Positions 38,115-47,607 of a stretch of 64,000 bases of DNA are shown piece after piece. The translations under genes and the position numbers were made by a program. Source of the stretch: an uncultured Ruminococcus sp. Lineage in GTDB: Bacteria; Bacillota; Clostridia; Oscillospirales; Ruminococcaceae. Numbering within the stretch: the stretch's first letter is position 1; every line of letters begins with the position of its first letter. The DNA lies in assembly GCA_949291125.1 (NCBI GenBank), contig CASEUJ010000016.1:67946-131945 (forward strand), given 5' to 3'. The notes under the pieces were generated by a model that worked only from the letters and a program-made list of their open reading frames with translations, did not search any database and was not told where the DNA came from.

Positions 38115-41100
38115 ATGGCAACTACCAAAACCCAAGCGGCAATGGCTGCAAAGCCGCGGTCGGGTGTACAGGGGATCCTGAACTGGCTTGGAAGCTGGGC
38201 TTATCGGAACCGCGTATACTTCGCTGCATTTGCAATCCCGGCTGCGCTGACCTATCTGGCATATGCGATCTTCGGACTGTATCCGTTCGGGGAAGAGTCA
38301 GTATTGTGCCTTGACCTGAATGGTCAGTACGTCTATTACTTTGAGGCGCTGCGCGATGCGTTCTGGGGAGATGGCAGCATCTTCTACAACTGGTCGCGAA
38401 ACCTTTCCGGCGAATTTATGGGCATTATCGGCTATTATCTGGCGAGCCCATTTACACTGATCGTCATACTATTGCCGGAAAAGTTTATGCTTTCAAGTCT
38501 TCTCATTATGCAACTTTGCAAGCTCGGTGCAGCAGGCGTAACCTTCAGCTATTTCCTGCAAAAGAGCAAGGGTGTCCAGCCGCTTTCTTCACTGCTGTTC
38601 TCGACGATGTATGCGATGATGGCATATGCGGTTGTCCAGTTGATCGACCCAATGTGGCTCGATGGTCTGGTGTTCCTGCCGCTGATCATGCTCGGCATTG
38701 AATATTTAGTTGATGATGGACGCCGACTCAATTTCATCATTCCGCTGGCATTGATGTGTGTGGCGAACTTCTACATCGGCTATATGATCTGTATTTTCGT
38801 GGCGATTTATTTCCTGTTCTACTTCTTTCTTGGTACAGAACGGCGCGGTAGAAAGGCCTATGATTATTTTCAGGGTATTGTGCGCATGGCATATTCTTCT
38901 GTAATTGCGCTGGCATGTGCGGCATTTATGCTGCTTCCGGTCTATAATGCGCTGAAGCTCGGGAAATTTGAGTTCACAGATCCGGATTATCATTTCCGAT
39001 TTCAATCATTCCCACTGAGTAAAGATCTGTTGACGGATACAGAAAAGAATCCGATCTTGACACTGTTGCTCGATCTGGTGGATATGTTCCCACAGCTCTT
39101 GCCGGCGCAGTATGACTCTGTTAATGTACAGGGAAAGCCAGAAATTTACTGCGGTTTGCTTACGGTAACGCTGCTCCCGATGTTTTATATGAATGGTAAG
39201 ATCAACATTCGCAAGAAGATCGGTTATACGCTTATGATTCTCGTAATGCTCACCTGCATGATGATCGTGCCGGTCGATATGATGTGGCACGGCGGACAAG
39301 TGCCGAACTGGCTCCCGTTCCGTTATGCGTTCCTGCTTTCGTTTATCTTTTTGTCGATGGCGGCATTGACATTTGCCAATCGCGATGGTATCAAGGGCAA
39401 GCACATTTTAGGCTCTGCCGGCGCAATGCTGGCGCTGATTGCCATTGTTGCAGGAATGAAGTTTGAGCAGATGGCAAAAGGTGCAGTCTGGATCTCGGCG
39501 GCACTCATCGGCATTTACCTGATTCTGCTCTACTTCCTGACATGCAGCAATGCCACACGCAATAAACGTACCGCAAGCATCTTCCTGACCAGCTGCATGC
39601 TCTTTGCTGTCGGTGCAGAGGCAACATATAACGCAGTGGATTCCATGCGCGATATTGACGAAGAGGTTACTTACTCGACTCGGAAATCCTATCAAAATTA
39701 TGTATGGACAGGACGCGAAGTGGTAGATCTTCTCGAAGAGCATGATGATGGATTCTATCGTGCTGAAAAGACATTTTTCCGCTGTGTCAATGATAACGCG
39801 GCATTCGGCCTGAAGGGTATTTCACATTCAAGTTCCGTCATGAATGCGCGTATTCTTACGTTCATCGAAACACTCGGTTATTCTACAAAGTCTTATTATT
39901 CGCGTTATGACGGTAATACGCCGATCGCGGACTCACTACTTGGTATCAAGTATGTTCTCGACCGCGGCGATGCTGGCGATTCCAAGCGCCTCAATGAAAG
40001 CTATGTGCCGCTTGATTGGCAGTATGATTATACCAACGAAAATGGCACAGAAAAGACCATTACAGTTTACGAAAACCCGAATGCGCTTTCGATTGGTTAT
40101 ATGGTAAACGAAGACATTACAAAGATTGATCATCTTGGAAATGATAATCCGTTCAATAGCCAGAATCTCTTTATGAGCACCATGTCCGGCAACACCACTT
40201 TTGATGAAAGCGGTAACTTTGCATCGTGGCATGAATATTATAAACCGTTTAGTCTGGCTGAAGATCCAATTGTCAGTGATTCGCTGACGGCCAGTCCATA
40301 TGGCGAACAAACCAAGTATGATGTTACCGGAACCGGTGACCCGACGATTGACTTCCACATTGAAGTAACGGAAGATATGGCAAACAAGCCGCTCTACTTC
40401 TTCTTCAAGACGGAGTTCCAGAATGAAGTCAACCTCTATCTTTATCAGTGGGATCAGCAGGCATGGAATGATGCGGAAGCAACATGGAGCGCAGAAAACA
40501 CGGGTGAATTCACATGGGCAAATGCAGATGCGTCGGCTTATGGACAATTTGAATCTCTCGGTGCTTACTTTGAAAACGATAACTATGTTATCCGTACGCT
40601 TGGAACATATGAGGCTGGAACAAAGCTGACATTGCGTATGACTGTTTCAGATGAATTTACCATTGTCAAGAACTTCCTGTTCTATACTTATGATGCGGAT
40701 CTCTTCCAGCAAGATATCGATATCCTAAAGCAGAACCAGTGGCAGATCGATAGCGAAAAGTCCAACGACCGTAAGCTTGTCGGCACAATCACCGCGCAGG
40801 AAGGTCAGCTTATGATGACATCGATTCCGTATGAACCGGGTTGGAGCATTGAAGTTGATGGCGAGAAGATTGACAACTTGGTAGAACAGGTGGAAGAAGA
40901 AGACGGTTCGATCTCGCTCAATAATCTGGATGGCGATACTGGCCAAATCGTTGTTGTGGATGCCATGATCGGCATTCGTCTGCCGGCGGGTCAGCATACT
41001 GTCAAGATGACCTATACGCCGCCGGGTTGGTGGCTGGGTGTCGGTGCACTTGTTATCGGTGTGGGTTTCTGCGTACTGATCTGGTTCGGCGACCGCAAGC

Positions 41101-41318
41101 GCTATGCGGCGATGCTTCAGGAACTTGCACGCCGAAAGGAACTTGAACAAAAGGAGAAAAACAAGCGCGTTAAGCTCCGTTCGAACAAGTCTGCGAAGAA
41201 TGCAGATTCTGATACAGCAGAGCTGCTTGATAACCTAAAAAAGCTTCATGAACAAGGCGTTCTGACCGATGCAGAATATGAGGAGAAAAAAGCGGCGATC
41301 GAGAAAAAATCCAGGTAA
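38115..41318 (+). CDS. YfhO-family polytopic membrane protein (GT-C-like) with C-terminal SHOCT-like domain
   Basis: DLNGQY, YYLASPF, MWLDG, NFYIGYM, WHGGQ.PNW.PFRY, SIPYEPGW; LKKLHEQGVLTDAEYEEKK tail. Confidence 0.9.
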   Translation: MATTKTQAAMAAKPRSGVQGILNWLGSWAYRNRVYFAAFAIPAALTYLAYAIFGLYPFGEESVLCLDLNGQYVYYFEALRDAFWGDGSIFYNWSRNLSGEFMGIIGYYLASPFTLIVILLPEKFMLSSLLIMQLCKLGAAGVTFSYFLQKSKGVQPLSSLLFSTMYAMMAYAVVQLIDPMWLDGLVFLPLIMLGIEYLVDDGRRLNFIIPLALMCVANFYIGYMICIFVAIYFLFYFFLGTERRGRKAYDYFQGIVRMAYSSVIALACAAFMLLPVYNALKLGKFEFTDPDYHFRFQSFPLSKDLLTDTEKNPILTLLLDLVDMFPQLLPAQYDSVNVQGKPEIYCGLLTVTLLPMFYMNGKINIRKKIGYTLMILVMLTCMMIVPVDMMWHGGQVPNWLPFRYAFLLSFIFLSMAALTFANRDGIKGKHILGSAGAMLALIAIVAGMKFEQMAKGAVWISAALIGIYLILLYFLTCSNATRNKRTASIFLTSCMLFAVGAEATYNAVDSMRDIDEEVTYSTRKSYQNYVWTGREVVDLLEEHDDGFYRAEKTFFRCVNDNAAFGLKGISHSSSVMNARILTFIETLGYSTKSYYSRYDGNTPIADSLLGIKYVLDRGDAGDSKRLNESYVPLDWQYDYTNENGTEKTITVYENPNALSIGYMVNEDITKIDHLGNDNPFNSQNLFMSTMSGNTTFDESGNFASWHEYYKPFSLAEDPIVSDSLTASPYGEQTKYDVTGTGDPTIDFHIEVTEDMANKPLYFFFKTEFQNEVNLYLYQWDQQAWNDAEATWSAENTGEFTWANADASAYGQFESLGAYFENDNYVIRTLGTYEAGTKLTLRMTVSDEFTIVKNFLFYTYDADLFQQDIDILKQNQWQIDSEKSNDRKLVGTITAQEGQLMMTSIPYEPGWSIEVDGEKIDNLVEQVEEEDGSISLNNLDGDTGQIVVVDAMIGIRLPAGQHTVKMTYTPPGWWLGVGALVIGVGFCVLIWFGDRKRYAAMLQELARRKELEQKEKNKRVKLRSNKSAKNADSDTAELLDNLKKLHEQGVLTDAEYEEKKAAIEKKSR

Positions 41319-41353
41319 CATCCTTTATTCTCGACCCTAGCAGTATAATAACC

Positions 41354-41406
41354 AAACACGCGGCACAGCAAAATTGGTCTCTCGACCGGAGCTGTGCCGC
41401 GTGTTT
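41354..41406. terminator. bidirectional terminator
   Basis: aaacacgcggcacagc/gctgtgccgcgtgttt 16-bp inverted repeat between convergent genes. Confidence 0.75.
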
Positions 41407-41446
41407 ATATTTGTTTCATTGCCAAAGGCGATACTACTTGAAATCA

Positions 41447-42361
41447 TTATCGGTGATTCCCACCGCCGCCGTGGCTGCCGCCAAACGAACTCATATGGCT
41501 CGATCCGCCGACGGAATGATGATTGTCTGTAGAGATCTTGGTGCGCGTGTGATATTGCCGAATAAAATGGTCTTGCCGCTGAGAAAAATGGACATCGCGG
41601 CTTTGCAGATATACGCTTGTATTGTTTGGCGACTTGAATCGATAGGCACGCCAGATCAGCAGCAATGTAATACAGCCCCCAGCAATCCCGATCGCAGCAG
41701 AAAGCAACAAGATCATTCCGATTTCAAGATCGCTCTGATATTCGTCTGGGAGCTCCTTTTTCCACTGTACTTTGCCGTCTTCATAGATCCCATATGCATC
41801 GCGGTCGTCATCATAAACATAGTAATGCGCATCAGGAATGCCCATTTGATAAAATGTAGTAAGTGCATCGCAATATGCGGTGATCGCCTCGACCGGCTGT
41901 TCTGCTCCACGTGAAAGATACGGGTTCATCTCTTCGAAAATTTCGCTGATGCGGTCGTATTCTTCTGCGTTGGAAAAATAAAACTGTGCTGCACCGCTTG
42001 TGGAAATATGGTCATAGAGGTCATCTTCATCCGAGAGATCGAGATATAGAAAGACGCCATCGGTATTGATGCCAAATATTTCATCATATGTATCATCGCA
42101 CAGAGAAATGGTGTTGTGTTCTCCGAGTGGTGTGCTACCAAGGTAGACACCAAGATCCATCTCGAGCGTATCTGCGGTATCCTGAAGCAGTGTTACAACT
42201 ACTTCTGTTTCATCATCGGAGAGCAATTCGCCTTCATCGTAAAAATAGACATGGCTTTCTTTGATCTGCGTCGCTGCATATACATGACCGCACATCAGCG
42301 CCGCACAGCAGACAAAAGTTGCCACACCGGAATAAAATATAGAAGACCATCGTTTCATCAC
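41447..42361 (-). CDS. TPM-domain membrane protein (YdjH-like)
   Basis: Signal peptide, D...LLS..E, DGV....D, C-terminal TM and Gly/Ser/His tail (GGSHGGGG). Confidence 0.82.
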   Translation of the reverse strand: MMKRWSSIFYSGVATFVCCAALMCGHVYAATQIKESHVYFYDEGELLSDDETEVVVTLLQDTADTLEMDLGVYLGSTPLGEHNTISLCDDTYDEIFGINTDGVFLYLDLSDEDDLYDHISTSGAAQFYFSNAEEYDRISEIFEEMNPYLSRGAEQPVEAITAYCDALTTFYQMGIPDAHYYVYDDDRDAYGIYEDGKVQWKKELPDEYQSDLEIGMILLLSAAIGIAGGCITLLLIWRAYRFKSPNNTSVYLQSRDVHFSQRQDHFIRQYHTRTKISTDNHHSVGGSSHMSSFGGSHGGGGNHR

Positions 42362-43437
42362 AGCACCCCCAGGAGTAGCACAGCAAGGATCATGACAATT
42401 GCCGCCACAACGCCGCTACAGATCAGTGCCTTCGCCCAGCTCATCGGTGGAGTGCCTGCCTGCTTACCGGTCTGACCATTGATGGCAAAGTGATAGTCCT
42501 TTCCACGATATCGATAATTCATAAACCACACTGGCAACAATACGTAGTCGTGCTGGACATTGCGCAACGCAGCACTCTGATTGGTGAGTATCACAGAGGT
42601 GTATCCTACAATGTCTTGGCGCAGCATCTGATAACTGCTCTGTTCTACTCGTGACTGTACCTGCGGCAGTACGTTTTCATAAGAAACATCGTATTTCTGT
42701 GCCATAAAGCCGCTCAGATATCGCATCTGAAAGGGCTTGAGCTTCTGATAGGGAAATGGTTCAATCGCATTCATGAGCGCATCTTCAATCTTCTGCGAAC
42801 CGTCTGCCGGTACGCCGCGATATGGGATCAATGCCGCACGTGACACGCGGTATTCTTGCGTTTCTGTCACGCGATAGTCCCCCTCTGTCCAGCTCCTCAC
42901 ACGCTTAGCAATGCCATCAATAGCGGCATCGCATTCACAGTTGGTGAGCCAGAAGGGCACATAGACGCCAGACATTTTTTCAAGTTGCTTTTCAGAGGTA
43001 AAACTCTTCGGCAAAAACCAGCGCTTTTTACACCACTCCTGAAAGCGTTCCGTTGCCTGCTCGCGGCTTAGTGCAAATGGTAACACCCACCTCGGACGAT
43101 ATGCCCCGGAGAGCCGTCCGGCAAGTACGACTGGGGCATGGCAATAATAACAAAATGTCGCTGCCGTTTCTTCTTCTGCAATGATCTGTGCACCACAGCT
43201 TTGACAGGTGTAGAGCCTCACACCTTCTTCAAACGCTTTTTCATCCGATTCATGGTCGAGTGTTTCCGCGGTTTGATCTGCGGCCTGGTGTGCGTTTTGC
43301 TCCATCTGTTGAAAGAGACGCTGCATTTCATCTTCTGTGAAAAAGCTATTACAAAATTGACATGCAAAGCGCTGTTGCCCCGGTGCATATGTCAGCTCTG
43401 CGCCGCAGTTCGGACATTTATACTGTACTGTGTTCAT
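42358..43437 (-). CDS. zinc-ribbon protein with C-terminal TM (YdjG-like)
   Basis: CPNCGA, CQFC, CQSCGA, CYYC, YVPFW, LLPVW, NGQTGK. Confidence 0.85.
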   Translation of the reverse strand: MNTVQYKCPNCGAELTYAPGQQRFACQFCNSFFTEDEMQRLFQQMEQNAHQAADQTAETLDHESDEKAFEEGVRLYTCQSCGAQIIAEEETAATFCYYCHAPVVLAGRLSGAYRPRWVLPFALSREQATERFQEWCKKRWFLPKSFTSEKQLEKMSGVYVPFWLTNCECDAAIDGIAKRVRSWTEGDYRVTETQEYRVSRAALIPYRGVPADGSQKIEDALMNAIEPFPYQKLKPFQMRYLSGFMAQKYDVSYENVLPQVQSRVEQSSYQMLRQDIVGYTSVILTNQSAALRNVQHDYVLLPVWFMNYRYRGKDYHFAINGQTGKQAGTPPMSWAKALICSGVVAAIVMILAVLLLGVL

Positions 43438-43458
43438 GGCAATAAGCGACTCCGATCT

Positions 43459-44658
43459 TTATGAACGCGGCTTGCCACAATTGGTGCAGAAGTTGCCGGA
43501 ATTTGCTGTGCCACAGCTACAAATCCAGTTTCCTAAGGGTGCCGGACGCTTTGTGCCGCAATTGGTACAGAAGTTGCCGGTGTTGATTGTGCCACAGCCA
43601 CAAGTCCAGCTATTTGCGGCGGACTGAGGTGGCGTTTGGGGCTGCATTGGCTGTTGTTGCATCTGCATTTGCTGCATGTTGGTTGCCGACGCATTTTGCA
43701 TAAAGCCGCCGGCACCCTGCATTCCCATTCCCATTGCCATAAACGCCTGCCCTGCGCCAGCAGGATTTGATCCGGCATCCTGAAGGCCCTTTGCAATTGC
43801 CCCTTGGACATAGCCTTCACGGATACTAGGATCTGCCATCATTGCGCCTTGATTGCGCATGTGGATCAATGCCTTACTTTCGTCATCATAGCTGATACTT
43901 GCAATACCGACCGAACAGATCTCAATGCCACGTGATTTGTTCCACTCGTCATCCAGTACGTTTGCCATATATTTTGAAAGCTCCATGCTTTTGGATGCCA
44001 GCGCCGAAATCCGTACGCCATTCAACGCCATCTGACCGATCGCAGTCTGAAGTGCCGTCAGAAATTCTGCTTGGAATTGTTCAGCAATATCCTGAAATTC
44101 GATGTGGGTCGCGTTTCGCGCTGCTACTTCCATGTAAAATTTCAGCGGATCAGTGATCTTGATCGAATATGTGCCATGGCAGCGGACAAAGAGCTCGGCA
44201 TTGTAAAACCCATCGAAATATTGGAGCGCGTTTCGTGTTCCGAAACGGATACCGCGGATTTCTTGCAAGTTGATGAAATAGACCTGCTGGGACTTTCCAG
44301 GCTGACCACCGTATTTAAAACGCTCAAAGGTCTCGCGGACACTGTCGCTAAGTTCACCGTTGAACATGGACGGCGAGGTGGAGAGGTAGACTTCATAACA
44401 ACCTTCTTCCGCTGTGTAGTCGACAATTCTTCCACTTTCTACCAGGATCATCATCTGGTTTGGAGCAACTTCGATGCGAGAACCATTGGAGATGATGTCC
44501 GGCGTTGTCTTACGATTGCTGCCGCGTTTACTGCGTGTTACCTGTACGCCCTTTGTCATAACGGTCGTAGCGCCCATATCGCCTGCTGTGATATATTCGA
44601 GCCATGAATCTGCCAAAGTGCCGCCGACTGCGCCGACAGCTGCACGAATAAGTCCCAT
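43459..44658 (-). CDS. SPFH-domain protein with C-terminal double zinc ribbon (YdjI-like)
   Basis: ISNGS.I.V, RFKYGG, VYFIN..EI, two W.C.CG..N.GNFCTNCG..R repeats; promoter TTGCAA-17-TATAAT at 44770-44742. Confidence 0.88.
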   Translation of the reverse strand: MGLIRAAVGAVGGTLADSWLEYITAGDMGATTVMTKGVQVTRSKRGSNRKTTPDIISNGSRIEVAPNQMMILVESGRIVDYTAEEGCYEVYLSTSPSMFNGELSDSVRETFERFKYGGQPGKSQQVYFINLQEIRGIRFGTRNALQYFDGFYNAELFVRCHGTYSIKITDPLKFYMEVAARNATHIEFQDIAEQFQAEFLTALQTAIGQMALNGVRISALASKSMELSKYMANVLDDEWNKSRGIEICSVGIASISYDDESKALIHMRNQGAMMADPSIREGYVQGAIAKGLQDAGSNPAGAGQAFMAMGMGMQGAGGFMQNASATNMQQMQMQQQPMQPQTPPQSAANSWTCGCGTINTGNFCTNCGTKRPAPLGNWICSCGTANSGNFCTNCGKPRS

Positions 44659-44992
44659 ATATGTATCCTCCTGAATTCTTCTTTGTATGGCAAAATGGTG
44701 TACCATTTTGCCTGATCATCAATTTTTTCTATAATATTTGTATTATACCATATCTGAAATTATATTGCAAGGTGATTTCAAGAGATTTCATAGTAAATAG
44801 AATAATAACTGGAAAATAAGACCATTAATGAATGCCGCATATACATAGCTTTGTTGCACGCAAATCAATTTTCAAGACCTTGACACGCATGGTAAAACGG
44901 AAGGATATTTTGAAGAAGAGAAGCAAAAGAAGAGTATAATGGATATTTTTGCAGAATGCAAGTGCGGTTGCTGTGTGACTTTATAAATACTC

Positions 44993-45021
44993 TTGATACT
45001 CATACATAGATATGATAAAAT
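44993..45021 (+). promoter_or_regulatory. sigma-A promoter for the leader peptide/GNAT unit
   Basis: TTGATA-17-TAAAAT with TG extension. Confidence 0.55.
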
Positions 45022-45078
45022 AATTGTATAAGATGCTATATATTATGTGCATCAAACAAAATAAAAAGGAGCTGTTTT

Positions 45079-45120
45079 TTGAAATACAACCATATGGTAG
45101 AAATGGGCATTGTTGCGTAA
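45079..45120 (+). CDS. putative 13-aa leader peptide MKYNHMVEMGIVA
   Basis: SD AAGGAG at 45066-45071, TTG 7 nt later, TAA abutting the terminator 5' arm. Confidence 0.55.
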   Translation: MKYNHMVEMGIVA

Positions 45121-45166
45121 ACAGGAGGTTTGCACATACGATCCCACACAAGCCTCCTGTCTTTTT
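45121..45166 (+). terminator. leader terminator (attenuator) upstream of the GNAT gene
   Basis: acaggaggtttg/caagcctcctgt stem followed by cttttt. Confidence 0.65.
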
Positions 45167-45212
45167 GATGATTTTGCATTATACAATTCGACAAGATTTC
45201 AGGAGGAATCCC

Positions 45213-45831
45213 ATGAAACATCAAAATTATATCATCCGACCGGAAACGCCCCATGATTACTATGCTGTTGAGGCACTTACCCGGGAGGCGTTTTGGAATG
45301 TGTATGTTCCCGGCTGTTATGAACACTATTTTGTGCACGTGATGCGTAGTCATCCGGACTTTGTCCCGGAATTGGACTACGTGTTGGAATCAGGCGGAAA
45401 GATTGTCGGTAGCATTCTTGCCGGTGCTTTCTTTCGGACCGCTGTGCATCCATCCGGCGCATCAGCGCAAGGGCTATGGCAAGGCTTTGCTGACCCATAC
45501 TCTGAAAAAAGCTACTGCAATGGGCTATGAGGCGGTGGTCAACTTTGGCGACCCTGGTAATTATGTGACAAGCGGCTTTGTCAGCTGCCGGAAACATCGG
45601 GTTTGCCTGCCGGGAAACATTTACCCTTGCGCTTTGTTGGTGAAGGAACTACGCCTTGGCGCACTGGATAGTAGAACATGGAATTTTTATCCCAGCGATG
45701 CTGATGCTCCTTGTGAAGACGCCGCAGCTGTGGCGGCCTTCGATGCCCAGTTTCCGCCCAAAGATAAGGCATGGCGTCCCAGCCAAGAGATATTCTACAT
45801 TCAGAGTCATAGTGTGATCTCTGTGCCATAA
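45213..45831 (+). pseudogene. GNAT N-acetyltransferase (YhbS-like) disrupted by a frameshifting deletion near 45417
   Basis: IRPET..DY..VE.LTREAFWNVY.PGC.EH in one frame; FGPLCIHP..QRKGYGKALL, GDP..Y...GF in the next frame. Confidence 0.85.
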
Positions 45832-46114
45832 GGCGACAGGGTACATTTTATCAACCGCTGTTTAATTCAAATATCAAGAAGCATGAACTGATGGCTTATT
45901 ATTTCAATATGCCGAAAAGTTCATGCTTTTTAATTTAAGAAATAGTGAAAGGTTGTCATTAAAATAACAGAATACAATAGGCTTGCCGTGTATACCAAAT
46001 TATGCGAAGTGATAACGGATCTGCATGACTCTGTTACATTCTGTCTTGACATTTCTTCGTGAATTCGCTATAATAAGGCATACGTGATTTCCAAAATGAA
46101 AAGGAGTGTTCAAA

Positions 46115-46456
46115 ATGAAATCGATCTATACATGCCCCCACTGCGGCGAAAAATCCTTTAATCCCTGGACAAAGGCGTTTGCTGGCTCGCTGCGCACCAA
46201 GGGGACGCCATGCAAGTCCTGTGGTCTGCGTTGTGTCAATGGTGTTCCGTCTATGATCTTCAGCGCTATTGTCTACTTGGCAGCACTGGTGCTGGTGATG
46301 TGCTATTATTTTCAGGTGCTGTTTCCAACTGCAATGTTTTTTGAGGAGTGTTTGCTCACTATCGGGACGCTTGCAGCGGCATTTGTGCTGACACATTTGT
46401 TTGATGCGTTTTTCGGTCCATTGGTGTCCGTCATCCGCAATGACGCCGGAATATGA
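46115..46456 (+). CDS. small CxxC-X22-CxxC zinc-finger membrane protein (2 TM)
   Basis: CPHC...CKSC followed by two hydrophobic helices; SD AAGGAG; overlaps the hemW start. Confidence 0.75.
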   Translation: MKSIYTCPHCGEKSFNPWTKAFAGSLRTKGTPCKSCGLRCVNGVPSMIFSAIVYLAALVLVMCYYFQVLFPTAMFFEECLLTIGTLAAAFVLTHLFDAFFGPLVSVIRNDAGI

Positions 46457-47535
46457 TGGATACGGCTGGACTATATATTCATGTGCCGTTCTGTGTGCGC
46501 AAATGCCCGTATTGTGACTTCTATTCTGTTTTGGCACAGGACGAACGGATTGCAGTATATACGGCGGCGGTTTGCCGGAACCTACGCGAATATGCGTCTT
46601 TGACGCCCATAGATTCGATCTATTTCGGCGGGGGAACTCCGTCGCTGCTTTTGCCAGAACAGGTGGCGGAGATCCTTGCGGTTGTCGCAGATGCATTTCC
46701 GGTTTCCGATGATACAGAAGTGACCTTAGAGGCGAATCCGGTGACATTAGATACTGCTGATCTGGGAAAGCTTCGGAAAGCTGGCATCAACCGTCTTTCC
46801 ATTGGCGTACAGTCGCTGGATGATGCCTGTCTGCAACAGCTCGGACGGCTTCACACGGCACAGCAGGCGATCCAGACGGTGAAGGATGCGGCAGCGGCTG
46901 GATTTTCCAACGTATCCTGTGATCTGATGTTGGCGACACCGGGGCAAACCTCTCAAGTATTGAAAAAAACGATTCGACAGCTTGCAGAACTTCCCATTCA
47001 GCATGTTTCAGCCTATTTATTAAAAGTAGAGCCGGGAACGCCATTTGCAGCAGCCCATGTAGAAACAAACTGCCCAGATTTTGATACGGCGGCGGAATTG
47101 TATTTACAGGCGGTGGAACAGCTTGCCACAGCGGGTTTTTTGCAGTATGAGATCTCGAATTTTGCAAAGCCCGGTTTTGAAAGCCGCCATAACTGTAAAT
47201 ACTGGCGGTGTGTGCCGTATCTTGGCATCGGGCCTTCGGCACATTCGTGCTGGAATGGCAGGCGCTTTTTCGTGCCATCATCGCTGGCGGCTTTTTTGGA
47301 CACGCCTGTACAACCCACAGAACTGGAAGATGACGATCCTTGCACCCGGGAGGAACAGATTATGCTGGGACTTCGTTTGGCAGAAGGTGTACCGGCATGC
47401 TGGCTCTCCGGAAGGGCGCAGCAGATAGCCCGTTTGATTCAAGCCGGCTATCTTCGCCGCCAGGGTGAGCGGATTGCCATGACGCCAAGGGGATTCTTGG
47501 TGTCGAATGCGATATTAGCAGAGCTGCTATTGTGA
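46453..47535 (+). CDS. hemW: radical SAM heme chaperone (HemN-like)
   Basis: LYIHVPFCVRKCPYCDF, FGGGTPS, YEISNFA, HN.KYW, G.GPSAHS. Confidence 0.92.
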   Translation: MMDTAGLYIHVPFCVRKCPYCDFYSVLAQDERIAVYTAAVCRNLREYASLTPIDSIYFGGGTPSLLLPEQVAEILAVVADAFPVSDDTEVTLEANPVTLDTADLGKLRKAGINRLSIGVQSLDDACLQQLGRLHTAQQAIQTVKDAAAAGFSNVSCDLMLATPGQTSQVLKKTIRQLAELPIQHVSAYLLKVEPGTPFAAAHVETNCPDFDTAAELYLQAVEQLATAGFLQYEISNFAKPGFESRHNCKYWRCVPYLGIGPSAHSCWNGRRFFVPSSLAAFLDTPVQPTELEDDDPCTREEQIMLGLRLAEGVPACWLSGRAQQIARLIQAGYLRRQGERIAMTPRGFLVSNAILAELLL

Positions 47536-47541
47536 ATATGT

Positions 47542-47590
47542 AAAAAAAAGACCTTTTGCGGTTCAAAAAGCATCGCAAAAGGTCTTTTTG
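47542..47590. terminator. bidirectional terminator
   Basis: aaaaagaccttttgcg/cgcaaaaggtcttttt. Confidence 0.8.
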
Positions 47591-47607
47591 GTTTATTTCG
47601 GATAGTG

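Noticed and set aside
37069-38121. 350-aa antisense ORF over GH26 and the yfhO promoter
   Set aside because: Overlaps a clear gene, a terminator and a promoter; no protein-like features
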